Made by a program: the position numbers and the translations under genes. A stretch of 64,000 nucleotides of DNA from Clostridia bacterium (lineage in GTDB: Bacteria; Bacillota; Clostridia; UMGS1883). The stretch is taken from contig JAZQCM010000001.1 of NCBI GenBank assembly GCA_045546275.1, positions 256,142 to 320,141 of the forward strand, in the 5' to 3' direction. The notes beneath the pieces were generated by a model, which was not told the DNA's origin, ran no database searches, and saw nothing but the letters and a program-made list of their open reading frames with translations. Shown here piece after piece: positions 19,910-28,260 of the stretch (position 1 is its first letter; every line of letters starts with the position of its first letter).

Positions 19910-21870
19910 AAAAAACTTCACTCTCCAAGCTTTATATGGTACTCTTGGTGCTCTTTTTGTACCTGCCCATCTTAACTCTTGTTATTTTCTCCTTCAACGC
20001 TAATGACTCACGTGTTGCATGGGGTGGCTTCTCTTTAAGATGGTATGTGGCACTTTTCTCCGACCGCACGGTTATGCTGTCACTTTTTAACACATTGCTT
20101 CTTGCGGTTGTGGCATCTATCGTTTCAACAGCATTGGGCACAACCGCGGCAATAGGCATTAATAACCTTTCTAAAAAAACACGAAGCCTTGTAATGAACA
20201 TTACCTACATTCCCATTGTTAACCCCGAAATTATCATGGGTGTTTCATTAATGCTTTTGTTCAAGGTGTTCATGCGCTTTACTCCCCTTCAGTTTGGTTA
20301 TTTAACATTGGTACTTGCACACATTGCGTTCTGTGTACCTTACGTTATATTCCAGGTATTACCCAAGTTAAGGCAAATGAATCCCAATCTTCTTGAAGCT
20401 GCATATGACTTGGGCTGTAACTCCAGACAAGCATTTTTCAAGGTTGTAATTCCTGAAATATTGCCTGGCGTTTTTTCGGGTTTTATAATGGCTCTCACCT
20501 ATTCACTTGACGACTTTGTTGTCAGCTACTTTAATGCAGGTGACAGCGTTAATACTCTTCCAATTATCATCAATTCAATGACAAAGCGCAACATGGACCC
20601 CAGCATCAACGCACTTTCAACTCTTATTTTCCTTACTATTGTAATTATCCTTGTTGTTAAGAATTTTCTTGACAATAGAAGGCTGAGAGTTGAGCGCACT
20701 GAAAAGGAAGGCCTTCATTCCAGGAAAAAGACCATTGCACTTATTGTTGCAGGTGTGCTTTTACTTTCCTCAATAGGCGTTACAGTTGGTATTGTTCTTA
20801 ACATTGGTCCTACTCTTGAATTGGATATGCGACTGCTGTCAGGCTATGACTATACAAGATTTGCAAAGGATAAAATAACAATTAGTGTTGCAAACTGGGG
20901 CGAGTATCTTTGTATTGATGAACAGGACATGATAAATGTTAACGAGCAGTTTGAAGCTTTAACAGGCATTAAAGTTAATTACACTACCTACACCAACAAC
21001 GAAGAGCTTTATGCAAAGCTCAAGAGCGGCGGTGCTAATTACGACATTATTATTCCCTCTGATTACATGATTTCAAGGTTCATCAGAGAAGGCATGCTTC
21101 AGAAGCTCAACTACGAAAACATTCCTAATTTTGACACCAAAATTATGGATACCTTCAAAAATCTTTCTTATGACCCCGAAAACGAGTATACTGTTCCCTA
21201 CACCTGGGGCATGGTTTGTATTGTTTATAATAAAACTATGTACGATACTCCTCCCGACAGCTGGAGTGCACTTTGGGACGAAGCTCAAAAGGGCAACATT
21301 TTAATGTTCAATAACCCCCGTGATGCATTTGCTGTGGCACAGTGTTATCTTGGTTATTCGTTAAATACCACAGATAAAGACGAAATTGACAAAACCTTCG
21401 ACAAGCTTTATGAGCAGTACAGCTCAAATCTTGTACAAGCCTATGTAATGGATGAGGTTTTCGACAAAATGGAAGGCGGTAATGCTGCTGTCGCTCCCTA
21501 CTATGTAGGTGATGCGGTTTCTATGATGGAATCAAACCCTGATTTAGATTATTTCATCCCTAAGGAAGGCACAAACCGTTTTGTTGATGCAGCATGTATT
21601 CCTGTTGGCAGTAAAAATAAGGAAGCTGCAGAAATGTACATCAACTTCCTTTGCGAAACAGAAATCGCCCTTGCAAACTGCGAGTACATCGGTTATTCAA
21701 CTCCTCATAAGGAAGTTTTCGAGCTTCTTGATGACGAGGTTAAGAGCGATGAACGTCGTTATCCTTCAGACGAGTTTTTGAATGAAAAAACAGAGCTTTT
21801 CATAGCTCTTCCCGACGAAACAAACAACTACATCCAGTCGCTTTGGAATCAGATAAAGTTTGCAAATTAA
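19906..21870 (+). CDS. potC: Fused permease and substrate-binding protein (PotC-PotD)
   Basis: N-half FLYLPI...FSFN, EAAYDLG, SLDDF; C-half NWGEY, YDIIIPSDYMI, VPYTWG, PKEG. Confidence 0.9.
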   Translation: MKKTSLSKLYMVLLVLFLYLPILTLVIFSFNANDSRVAWGGFSLRWYVALFSDRTVMLSLFNTLLLAVVASIVSTALGTTAAIGINNLSKKTRSLVMNITYIPIVNPEIIMGVSLMLLFKVFMRFTPLQFGYLTLVLAHIAFCVPYVIFQVLPKLRQMNPNLLEAAYDLGCNSRQAFFKVVIPEILPGVFSGFIMALTYSLDDFVVSYFNAGDSVNTLPIIINSMTKRNMDPSINALSTLIFLTIVIILVVKNFLDNRRLRVERTEKEGLHSRKKTIALIVAGVLLLSSIGVTVGIVLNIGPTLELDMRLLSGYDYTRFAKDKITISVANWGEYLCIDEQDMINVNEQFEALTGIKVNYTTYTNNEELYAKLKSGGANYDIIIPSDYMISRFIREGMLQKLNYENIPNFDTKIMDTFKNLSYDPENEYTVPYTWGMVCIVYNKTMYDTPPDSWSALWDEAQKGNILMFNNPRDAFAVAQCYLGYSLNTTDKDEIDKTFDKLYEQYSSNLVQAYVMDEVFDKMEGGNAAVAPYYVGDAVSMMESNPDLDYFIPKEGTNRFVDAACIPVGSKNKEAAEMYINFLCETEIALANCEYIGYSTPHKEVFELLDDEVKSDERRYPSDEFLNEKTELFIALPDETNNYIQSLWNQIKFAN

Positions 21871-21873
21871 TTC

Positions 21874-21906
21874 AAAAGGTTGCAGGAAACTATCCTGCAA
21901 CCTTTT
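21874..21906. terminator. Bidirectional rho-independent terminator
   Basis: AAAAGGTTGCAGGA-aacta-TCCTGCAACCTTTT. Confidence 0.85.
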
Positions 21907-21910
21907 TATG

Positions 21911-23209
21911 TTAATCTCCGAAATTCACATTATTCCAGTATTCCGGTGCTTCAAAACCACTCCATCCATAGGGTGAATTATCCACATAATCATATACAAT
22001 ACTTAAAATCTTGTTATCATAATTTAATATTTCAACTTTGATAAGTGCCATATTCTCGGCATAGTCAATATCTATAATTTTATAATCCGCATTAATATAA
22101 CCTGTTCTTGAAAGTATTCTTGGTATATCAGTTGCGATTTTGGCAATCAGTTCATTATATTTATTTGTTTCAAAATATAATTCGGGGTTTACATCCTCTC
22201 CGTTAACTTTAACCTCCATATGTAAATGGGCTCCTACCGAAGTTCCTGTATTTCCAACATTGCCTAATATGTCGCCTTTTGAAATTCGCATTATTCTCTT
22301 TGGTTCCGCTAATATACTTATATCAAGATTACAATATGTTATCTCTACGCCATTTTCACCGGATATGGTTACATAAGCTCCTTTTTCGTCATCATAATCA
22401 ACTTCAAATTCGCCATCAATACCTGCATAAACAGGTGTGCCTTCTTCTGCTTTAAAGTCCAAACCGTTATGGAATCTTTCTTCACCGGTTATAGGGTGAA
22501 CTCTTTTTCCGAATTTTTGAGTTATTTCATAATATCCCTTAATAGGATATGTAATACTGAGAGTCGCCCCTGAATATTTGAATTCCAAATTATACAAATC
22601 AGGCGGCGATAAATAACCATAATCCGCTCTTTCCGCCATTCTTTCAGCATAAGAAAATGGCACATATACAATATTTCCATTAAGAATAGGCGCATTGTCC
22701 ATGGGTTCAACAACACTTGTTACCTCATCGGGAGTATTTTTAACCATTAAAACCTCTGGATTTACAACAAGTTCGCTCTTCCCGATTTCAACTTTATACA
22801 AATAACTTGTATATTCCGCTATAACATCTTCGTTTAAGTTTTTTTGACAAAGTGAAATTAACACTATATTGTTTTTCAGCTCAATTTTCGCGTTTTCACT
22901 CTCCATTAAACCAAGCTTTGTAAAAAGCTCATGAAGCGGAACATAAACCTCTCCATTTTCAATAAAAGGTTTATTTTCAAGTTCAATTATTTCCCCGTTA
23001 TTGGTAATATCAAGAGTATATTTAGAATTATCGTTTTCAATTTGTGCCATAACTATTGTCCCTAATGCAAAAACCGTTAGAATTGTAACCATGCACAACA
23101 TTGAAAGTAACCATCTTAGTCTAACAGGCTTAGCTGTGATTTTCTCAAATCGTTTTCTTAATGCTTTGCTATTTCCACTCATCTGTGTTGTGTAAACATT
23201 TTTAAACAT
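21911..23209 (-). CDS. Membrane-anchored protein: BlaR1-tail-like N-terminus, TM helix, copper-amine-oxidase-N/stalk domain, M23 peptidase domain
   Basis: YTTQMSGNSKALRKRFEKI then a hydrophobic helix; PFIENGEVYVP and PILNGNIVYVP; HPITG..FHNGLDF and GAHLHMEV. Confidence 0.8.
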   Translation of the reverse strand: MFKNVYTTQMSGNSKALRKRFEKITAKPVRLRWLLSMLCMVTILTVFALGTIVMAQIENDNSKYTLDITNNGEIIELENKPFIENGEVYVPLHELFTKLGLMESENAKIELKNNIVLISLCQKNLNEDVIAEYTSYLYKVEIGKSELVVNPEVLMVKNTPDEVTSVVEPMDNAPILNGNIVYVPFSYAERMAERADYGYLSPPDLYNLEFKYSGATLSITYPIKGYYEITQKFGKRVHPITGEERFHNGLDFKAEEGTPVYAGIDGEFEVDYDDEKGAYVTISGENGVEITYCNLDISILAEPKRIMRISKGDILGNVGNTGTSVGAHLHMEVKVNGEDVNPELYFETNKYNELIAKIATDIPRILSRTGYINADYKIIDIDYAENMALIKVEILNYDNKILSIVYDYVDNSPYGWSGFEAPEYWNNVNFGD

Positions 23210-23213
23210 CAAA

Positions 23214-24023
23214 TCACTTCCTTGCTAACAAATTTAATATTGTATTCATATATGTTTTTTTACATTCTTCATTCATGTTTTGTGTTACAATTTCGTCGCA
23301 GTAAATTTCACACGCTTCATTAAGATTTTTCATGACAATATACATTAAAGGATTAAACCAATTAATCGCATTAACTATACACGCAAACCATTTAACGGGC
23401 AAATCCTTATGTTTATAGTGAGTCAGTTCATGACTATAAACATATAGCAGTTCACTATCAATCAATTCTTTTTCCGGCATATACACAACAGGGAAAAATA
23501 CACCTGTAAGCATTGGTGAATCAATGTTTTTGCATTGTCTGAGCTTGATTTTTTGTTTTATACCCATTGATTGCAAAATGTTTATAAATATCTCATCTGC
23601 AACAGATGTGCTTACCTTACGTTTTCTTATAAGAAATGTTATATATCCGACAACATTCAATGTTAAAAACGTTATTATACCAGCACACCATATGACCATA
23701 TAAATATTAACTACACTTTTTGATGAAGCAATATCTACATCAGGAATAACGATGGCTTCTTTGGTATTCTCCGGCATTACAACCTCACTATCATCCACAT
23801 CTATTTCTTCAGAATAATAAGGTAGTATTATTGGAGGCGCTGCATTCTCAGGCACAACCTTCCAAACAGGAATTAGAAACATTACAGCGGCAAAAATCCA
23901 CAGATTTCTCTGCCATTTGCCGGAAAATATTTTACAAATAACATATTTTAGTAAAATGAGTAGTACAACAAGCGCACTTCCTTGTATGTTTAAAAATATT
24001 AATGTTTTCATAAGCTCCGGCAT
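23214..24023 (-). CDS. BlaR1/MecR1-type M56 metallopeptidase lacking the C-terminal TM helix and sensor
   Basis: SPMLTG..P, HELTHYKHKD, INWFNPL, EACEIYCDE; ends at YMNTILNLLARK. Confidence 0.9.
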   Translation of the reverse strand: MPELMKTLIFLNIQGSALVVLLILLKYVICKIFSGKWQRNLWIFAAVMFLIPVWKVVPENAAPPIILPYYSEEIDVDDSEVVMPENTKEAIVIPDVDIASSKSVVNIYMVIWCAGIITFLTLNVVGYITFLIRKRKVSTSVADEIFINILQSMGIKQKIKLRQCKNIDSPMLTGVFFPVVYMPEKELIDSELLYVYSHELTHYKHKDLPVKWFACIVNAINWFNPLMYIVMKNLNEACEIYCDEIVTQNMNEECKKTYMNTILNLLARK

Positions 24024-24025
24024 AA

Positions 24026-24385
24026 TCAATCACCATTAATAATTTTTCTTAAATCTTCAATTTCTTCCTTTGAAAGCTCTTTATTTTCATATAGACAAGC
24101 CACCAGATTTCCAATAGAACCTTGATAAAGCTTCGACAAAAAGCTTTTTGTTTCACTCATACTATATTCCTGCTCTTTAGTAATCGCATAATACAAATTA
24201 CTTTTCCCCTGCTTTTCGTAGGCAACAACACCTTTATCACAAAGACGTGATAAAAGTGTGCCAACTGTATTTCGCGCCCAATCCACATATAATTTTGACA
24301 TGATTTCGCCTAATGAAAGTGCTTTATCGCTACTCCACAACACCTTCATTACCTCATATTCGGACTCAGTAATATTTTTAGACAT
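24026..24385 (-). CDS. BlaI/MecI/CopY family repressor
   Basis: ITESEYEVMKVLW, WARNTVGTLLSRLCDKG, LSKEEIEDL. Confidence 0.95.
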   Translation of the reverse strand: MSKNITESEYEVMKVLWSSDKALSLGEIMSKLYVDWARNTVGTLLSRLCDKGVVAYEKQGKSNLYYAITKEQEYSMSETKSFLSKLYQGSIGNLVACLYENKELSKEEIEDLRKIINGD

Positions 24386-24404
24386 TTTAAAACCTCCTTT
24401 TAAG

Positions 24405-24454
24405 ACTACAATTGTAGTTAAATATATTATAGCCTACACTTGTAGTCTTGTCAA
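24405..24454 (-). promoter_or_regulatory. blaI-like promoter with two BlaI/MecI-type operators
   Basis: TTGACA (24454-24449)-17-TATAAT (24431-24426); operators ACTACAatTGTAGT (24405-24418) and CTACActTGTAG (24434-24445) match TACA-N2-TGTA. Confidence 0.88.
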
Positions 24455-24460
24455 GAGGAA

Positions 24461-24499
24461 AATTTTAAAGAGGATAGAAAATCTATCCTCTTTAAAATT
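24461..24499. repeat. Perfect 18-bp inverted repeat
   Basis: AATTTTAAAGAGGATAGA-aaa-TCTATCCTCTTTAAAATT. Confidence 0.8.
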
Positions 24500-24513
24500 C
24501 CAATTGACTTACG

Positions 24514-24543
24514 AAAACACACCACTCAAGTTGAGTGGTGTGT
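24514..24543 (-). terminator. Terminator of the GGGtGRT operon
   Basis: ACACACCACTCAA-g-TTGAGTGGTGTGT followed by a T run on the minus strand. Confidence 0.75.
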
Positions 24544-24561
24544 GTCTTTAAATCATACAAA

Positions 24562-25560
24562 TTACTTGCAGCTTTCTTCAACTGCAACTGCACATGCAAC
24601 AGTCATACCAACCATGGGGTTGTTACCTGCGCCCATCAAGCCCATCATTTCTACGTGAGCGGGTACAGAGGAAGAACCTGCAAACTGAGCATCAGAGTGC
24701 ATTCTACCCATTGTATCTGTCATACCGTAGGAAGCAGGACCTGCAGCCATGTTATCGGGGTGAAGTGTACGACCTGTACCGCCACCGGAAGCAACGGAGA
24801 AGTACTTCTTACCCTTTTCGATACATTCCTTCTTGTATGTGCCTGCAACAGGATGCTGGAAACGTGTGGGGTTAGTGGAGTTACCTGTGATGGAAACGTC
24901 AACGTCTTCAAGATGCATGATAGCAACGCCTTCACGAACGTCGTCAGCGCCGTAGCAACGAACCTTGCTCTTTTCGCCGTCAGAATATGCCTTTTCGTAT
25001 ACAACGTTAACCTTACCTGTCATATAGTCGAATTTTGTTTCAACATATGTGAAACCGTTGATTCTGGAAATAATCTGAGCAGCGTCCTTACCAAGACCGT
25101 TAAGGATAACCTGGAGAGGCTGCTGACGTACTTTGTTAGCACTCTTAGCAATACCGATAGCACCTTCAGCAGCTGCGAAGGATTCGTGACCTGCAAGGAA
25201 TGCAAAGCACTTTGTTTCTTCACGAAGGAGCATTGCAGCAAGGTTACCGTGACCGATACCTACTTTTCTGTCGTCAGCAACAGAACCGGGGATACAGAAG
25301 GACTGAAGGCCTTCACCGATAGCTTCTGCTGCGTCAGCTGCCTTTGTACAACCCTTCTTAATAGCGATAGCTGTACCTGTGATATATGCCCAACATGTGT
25401 TTTCAAAACAGATAGGCTGAATGCCCTTAACAAGGTTATATACATCGATACCCTTGTCTTTACAGATCTGTTCTGCTTCCTCAAGGGAGGAAATACCGTA
25501 CTTATTAAGAACGGGTGTAATCTGATTTATTCTTCTTTCATAACTTTCAAATAATGCCAT
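24562..25560 (-). CDS. GGGtGRT family protein (uncharacterised)
   Basis: Signature SVASGGGTGRTLHPDN; MALFESYERRI N-terminus; 332 aa. Confidence 0.93.
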   Translation of the reverse strand: MALFESYERRINQITPVLNKYGISSLEEAEQICKDKGIDVYNLVKGIQPICFENTCWAYITGTAIAIKKGCTKAADAAEAIGEGLQSFCIPGSVADDRKVGIGHGNLAAMLLREETKCFAFLAGHESFAAAEGAIGIAKSANKVRQQPLQVILNGLGKDAAQIISRINGFTYVETKFDYMTGKVNVVYEKAYSDGEKSKVRCYGADDVREGVAIMHLEDVDVSITGNSTNPTRFQHPVAGTYKKECIEKGKKYFSVASGGGTGRTLHPDNMAAGPASYGMTDTMGRMHSDAQFAGSSSVPAHVEMMGLMGAGNNPMVGMTVACAVAVEESCK

Positions 25561-25577
25561 TTTAATTTCCTCCTTTC

Positions 25578-26270
25578 TTATTCTACACGGGGATCTATAT
25601 ACTTACTAGCTTCGTTGAATCTGCCGTAGTTACCCTTAGCCTTTTCAAGAGCTTCGTTAGCATCCATACCCTTACGGATGTTTTCCATCATCTTGCCAAG
25701 GTGAACGAATTCATAACCGCAAGTATGGCCTTCTTCATCAAGACCGATTCTTGTGATGTAACCTTCTGCAAGTTCAAGGTATCTGGGGCCCTTAGCCTTT
25801 GTGGAGTAAAGTGTACCAACCTGGCTACGAAGACCCTTACCAAGGTCTTCAAGACCTGCACCGATGGGAAGACCGTCTTCGGAGAAAGCTGTCTGTGTTC
25901 TACCGTAAACAATCTGAAGGAAAAGTTCGCGCATAGCTGTGTTGATAGCATCGCAAACAAGGTCAGTGTTAAGTGCTTCCAAAAGTGTTTTGCCGGGAAG
26001 AATTTCTGCTGCCATAGCTGCAGAGTGAGTCATACCGGAACAACCAAGTGTTTCAACGAGAGCCTCCTCGATGATACCGCCCTTAACGTTTAATGTAAGC
26101 TTACAAGCGCCCTGCTGAGGTGCACACCAGCCCACACCATGTGTAAGGCCGTAAATGTCTGTAATCTGCTTGGACTCTGTCCATTTGCCTTCCTGAGGAA
26201 TAGGTGCGGGACCGTGGCCAACGCCCTTATTTACCACGCACATACTCTCAACTTCATGTGAATAATTCAT
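25578..26270 (-). CDS. IscU/NifU-N-like Fe-S scaffold-fold protein, partner of GGGtGRT
   Basis: Three spaced Cys (GWCAPQQGAC, TLGCSG, LVCDAI) in an IscU-like arrangement; start ATG 26270 after AAAGGAG. Confidence 0.8.
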   Translation of the reverse strand: MNYSHEVESMCVVNKGVGHGPAPIPQEGKWTESKQITDIYGLTHGVGWCAPQQGACKLTLNVKGGIIEEALVETLGCSGMTHSAAMAAEILPGKTLLEALNTDLVCDAINTAMRELFLQIVYGRTQTAFSEDGLPIGAGLEDLGKGLRSQVGTLYSTKAKGPRYLELAEGYITRIGLDEEGHTCGYEFVHLGKMMENIRKGMDANEALEKAKGNYGRFNEASKYIDPRVE

Positions 26271-26357
26271 AGTCTCTTCTCCTTTCAATAATTCATGCAT
26301 ATATTTTATCACAACTTGTCCTTATAAATCAAGTAGTATTTGGAAAAAAGCTTAGTT

Positions 26358-27032
26358 TTATATGTTTGGTATTTTCCAATCTATCGGAGTTTTAACCAGC
26401 TTTTCCAAAAGGCGGTTAGCTTCTTTAAAGTGTCCGCAACCCATAAAGCCACGGGATGCTGACAACGGGCTCGGATGAGCAGCTTCTAACACAAAATGCT
26501 TACGTTTGTCAATCAATTCAACCTTTTTACGTGCATAGTTACCCCAAAGAAGGAAAATTACAGGGTCCTCTCGCCTGTTTAAAGCCTCAATAACGCTGTC
26601 GGTGAAAATTTCCCAGCCTTTGTTTGCATGGCTGCCAGCCTGCCCTTCACGGACCGTTAAAACGGCATTTAACAAAAGCACACCTTGCTGTGCCCATGGC
26701 ATAAGATAGCCGTTGTTGGGAATTTCAAAACCGTACTCGTCACGGATTTCTTTGTACATGTTAAGTAATGACGGCGGAGTTTGCACCCCGGGCTTAACAG
26801 AAAAGCACATACCGTGTGCCTGGTTTGGCTCATGGTAAGGGTCCTGACCTAAAATAACCACCTTAGTGTCTTTGTAGGAGGTAACCTTGAGTGCCGAAAA
26901 AAGCTCGTACATATCGGGGTATACTGTGTGATTTGTATATTCTGTTTTCAAAAAAGCACGAAGCTTAAGGTAATATTCCTTTTCAAACTCTTTTCCTATT
27001 ATATTATCCCAATCATTTCCGAGTTTAACCAT
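26358..27032 (-). CDS. ung: Uracil-DNA glycosylase
   Basis: [25 protein letters not shown]. Confidence 0.97.
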   Translation of the reverse strand: MVKLGNDWDNIIGKEFEKEYYLKLRAFLKTEYTNHTVYPDMYELFSALKVTSYKDTKVVILGQDPYHEPNQAHGMCFSVKPGVQTPPSLLNMYKEIRDEYGFEIPNNGYLMPWAQQGVLLLNAVLTVREGQAGSHANKGWEIFTDSVIEALNRREDPVIFLLWGNYARKKVELIDKRKHFVLEAAHPSPLSASRGFMGCGHFKEANRLLEKLVKTPIDWKIPNI

Positions 27033-27507
27033 TTTTAAGCTCCTTTCGCATTTTTGCACTTACAAATCTTAAATTGTTTTTAATGCTAACAATTTCCCCG
27101 CATTTTTCAAAGCCACGAGCCTTGTAGAAGGCTTCTGCACTTTTGCTGGATTCCAGTATCAATTCTTTGATATTTTTGCGTTTTGCCCATTCCTCGGTGG
27201 TTTTTAAAAGCATTGATGCAACACCCATGTTTACATAGGAGGGATGAGTGTAAAGCCTGTTCACATAGCCGTCCTTTTCGGTGCTCATAAACCCTACAAT
27301 CTGTTTTTGAGAATTTACTGCAACGATTGCGTAGCACCTTGCTATTGACCGCCTGAAGGCAGGCATGTACATGTTTTTCGGCACCCAGGCATCAAGCTGT
27401 TCATTGGTATAATCTTTTGTGCATAAAGTGTGCACACTGTCATATACTAACTTTGAAACTATATTAAATTCACCCAGCCTCATGGCACGAACTTTAAACT
27501 GTTCCAT
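27025..27507 (-). CDS. GNAT family N-acetyltransferase
   Basis: [14 protein letters not shown] and [10 protein letters not shown] motifs. Confidence 0.85.
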   Translation of the reverse strand: MEQFKVRAMRLGEFNIVSKLVYDSVHTLCTKDYTNEQLDAWVPKNMYMPAFRRSIARCYAIVAVNSQKQIVGFMSTEKDGYVNRLYTHPSYVNMGVASMLLKTTEEWAKRKNIKELILESSKSAEAFYKARGFEKCGEIVSIKNNLRFVSAKMRKELKNG

Positions 27508-27539
27508 GGAAAACCTCGCAGTAATTCTGATATAAATTG

Positions 27540-27567
27540 AGCCATACCCCAATGGAGTATGGCTCGT
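27540..27567 (-). terminator. Hairpin/terminator downstream of rpsU
   Basis: GAGCCATAC...GTATGGCTC stem. Confidence 0.6.
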
Positions 27568-27591
27568 TTTTTGCAGGGAAAATAAATCTAA

Positions 27592-27768
27592 TTACTTAAA
27601 CTTTCTTTTTCTTGCTGCTTCGGACTTCTTCTTGCGCTTTACGCTGGGCTTTTCATAGTGTTCTCTCTTTCTAACCTCGGACAAAACACCGGCTTTCGCA
27701 CAGGAGCGCTTAAATCTCCTAAGAGCGCTATCTAAAGATTCATTATCCTTAACTCTTATTTCAGACAT
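27592..27768 (-). CDS. rpsU: 30S ribosomal protein S21
   Basis: [21 protein letters not shown]...[13 protein letters not shown]; GGAGG RBS. Confidence 0.98.
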   Translation of the reverse strand: MSEIRVKDNESLDSALRRFKRSCAKAGVLSEVRKREHYEKPSVKRKKKSEAARKRKFK

Positions 27769-27839
27769 TCTCGTACCTCCCCTCGCGACTCTACCTTTAA
27801 TGTACATCAGAGGGTCGAACCGCATATAGTGACAAATAA

Positions 27840-27868
27840 ATTATACTTTTAATATGTCAATATGTCAA
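27840..27868 (-). promoter_or_regulatory. Sigma-A promoter of rpsU
   Basis: Perfect TTGACA-17-TATAAT. Confidence 0.85.
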
Positions 27869-27915
27869 GAGTAAATTTGCATCATATTGAAACTTTTTTG
27901 AATATTTTTTACAAA

Positions 27916-28260
27916 TCAGCCGGGAGGCCATGAAAGTGAACGTCCACCAAGAAGATGGAAATGCAAATGCTTAACGCTCTGACCACCGTTTTCACCACAA
28001 TTGTTGACAATTCGGTAGCCACCTTCAGCCACACCTAAATCTTCGGCAATCTTTTTAGCCACAAGAAAAATGTCTTTTAAAACAGAAGCGTTTTCCTCGG
28101 TTAAGCAGTTTGCGGAAGCAATATGCTCCTTGGGAACAATAAGCACATGAACCGGTGCTTCGGGAGAAATGTCGTTAAAAGCGTAAACCTTGTCGTCTTC
28201 GTAAACCTTGCTTGAGGGGATTTCCCCGGAAATAATTTTGCAGAAAAGACAATCTGACAT
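27916..28260 (-). CDS. Histidine triad (HIT) nucleotide-binding protein
   Basis: CLFCKI, APVHVL, HLHFHL. Confidence 0.95.
   Translation of the reverse strand: MSDCLFCKIISGEIPSSKVYEDDKVYAFNDISPEAPVHVLIVPKEHIASANCLTEENASVLKDIFLVAKKIAEDLGVAEGGYRIVNNCGENGGQSVKHLHFHLLGGRSLSWPPG

Noticed and set aside
23209-23216. Calling the split BlaR1 a pseudogene
   Set aside because: The downstream ORF has its own SD-like sequence and ATG, and no other lesions are visible. Not fully excluded without reads or orthologs.
24535-25554. 339-aa antisense ORF opposite GGGtGRT
   Set aside because: Same codon-bias shadow; used only as evidence of bias in the real gene.
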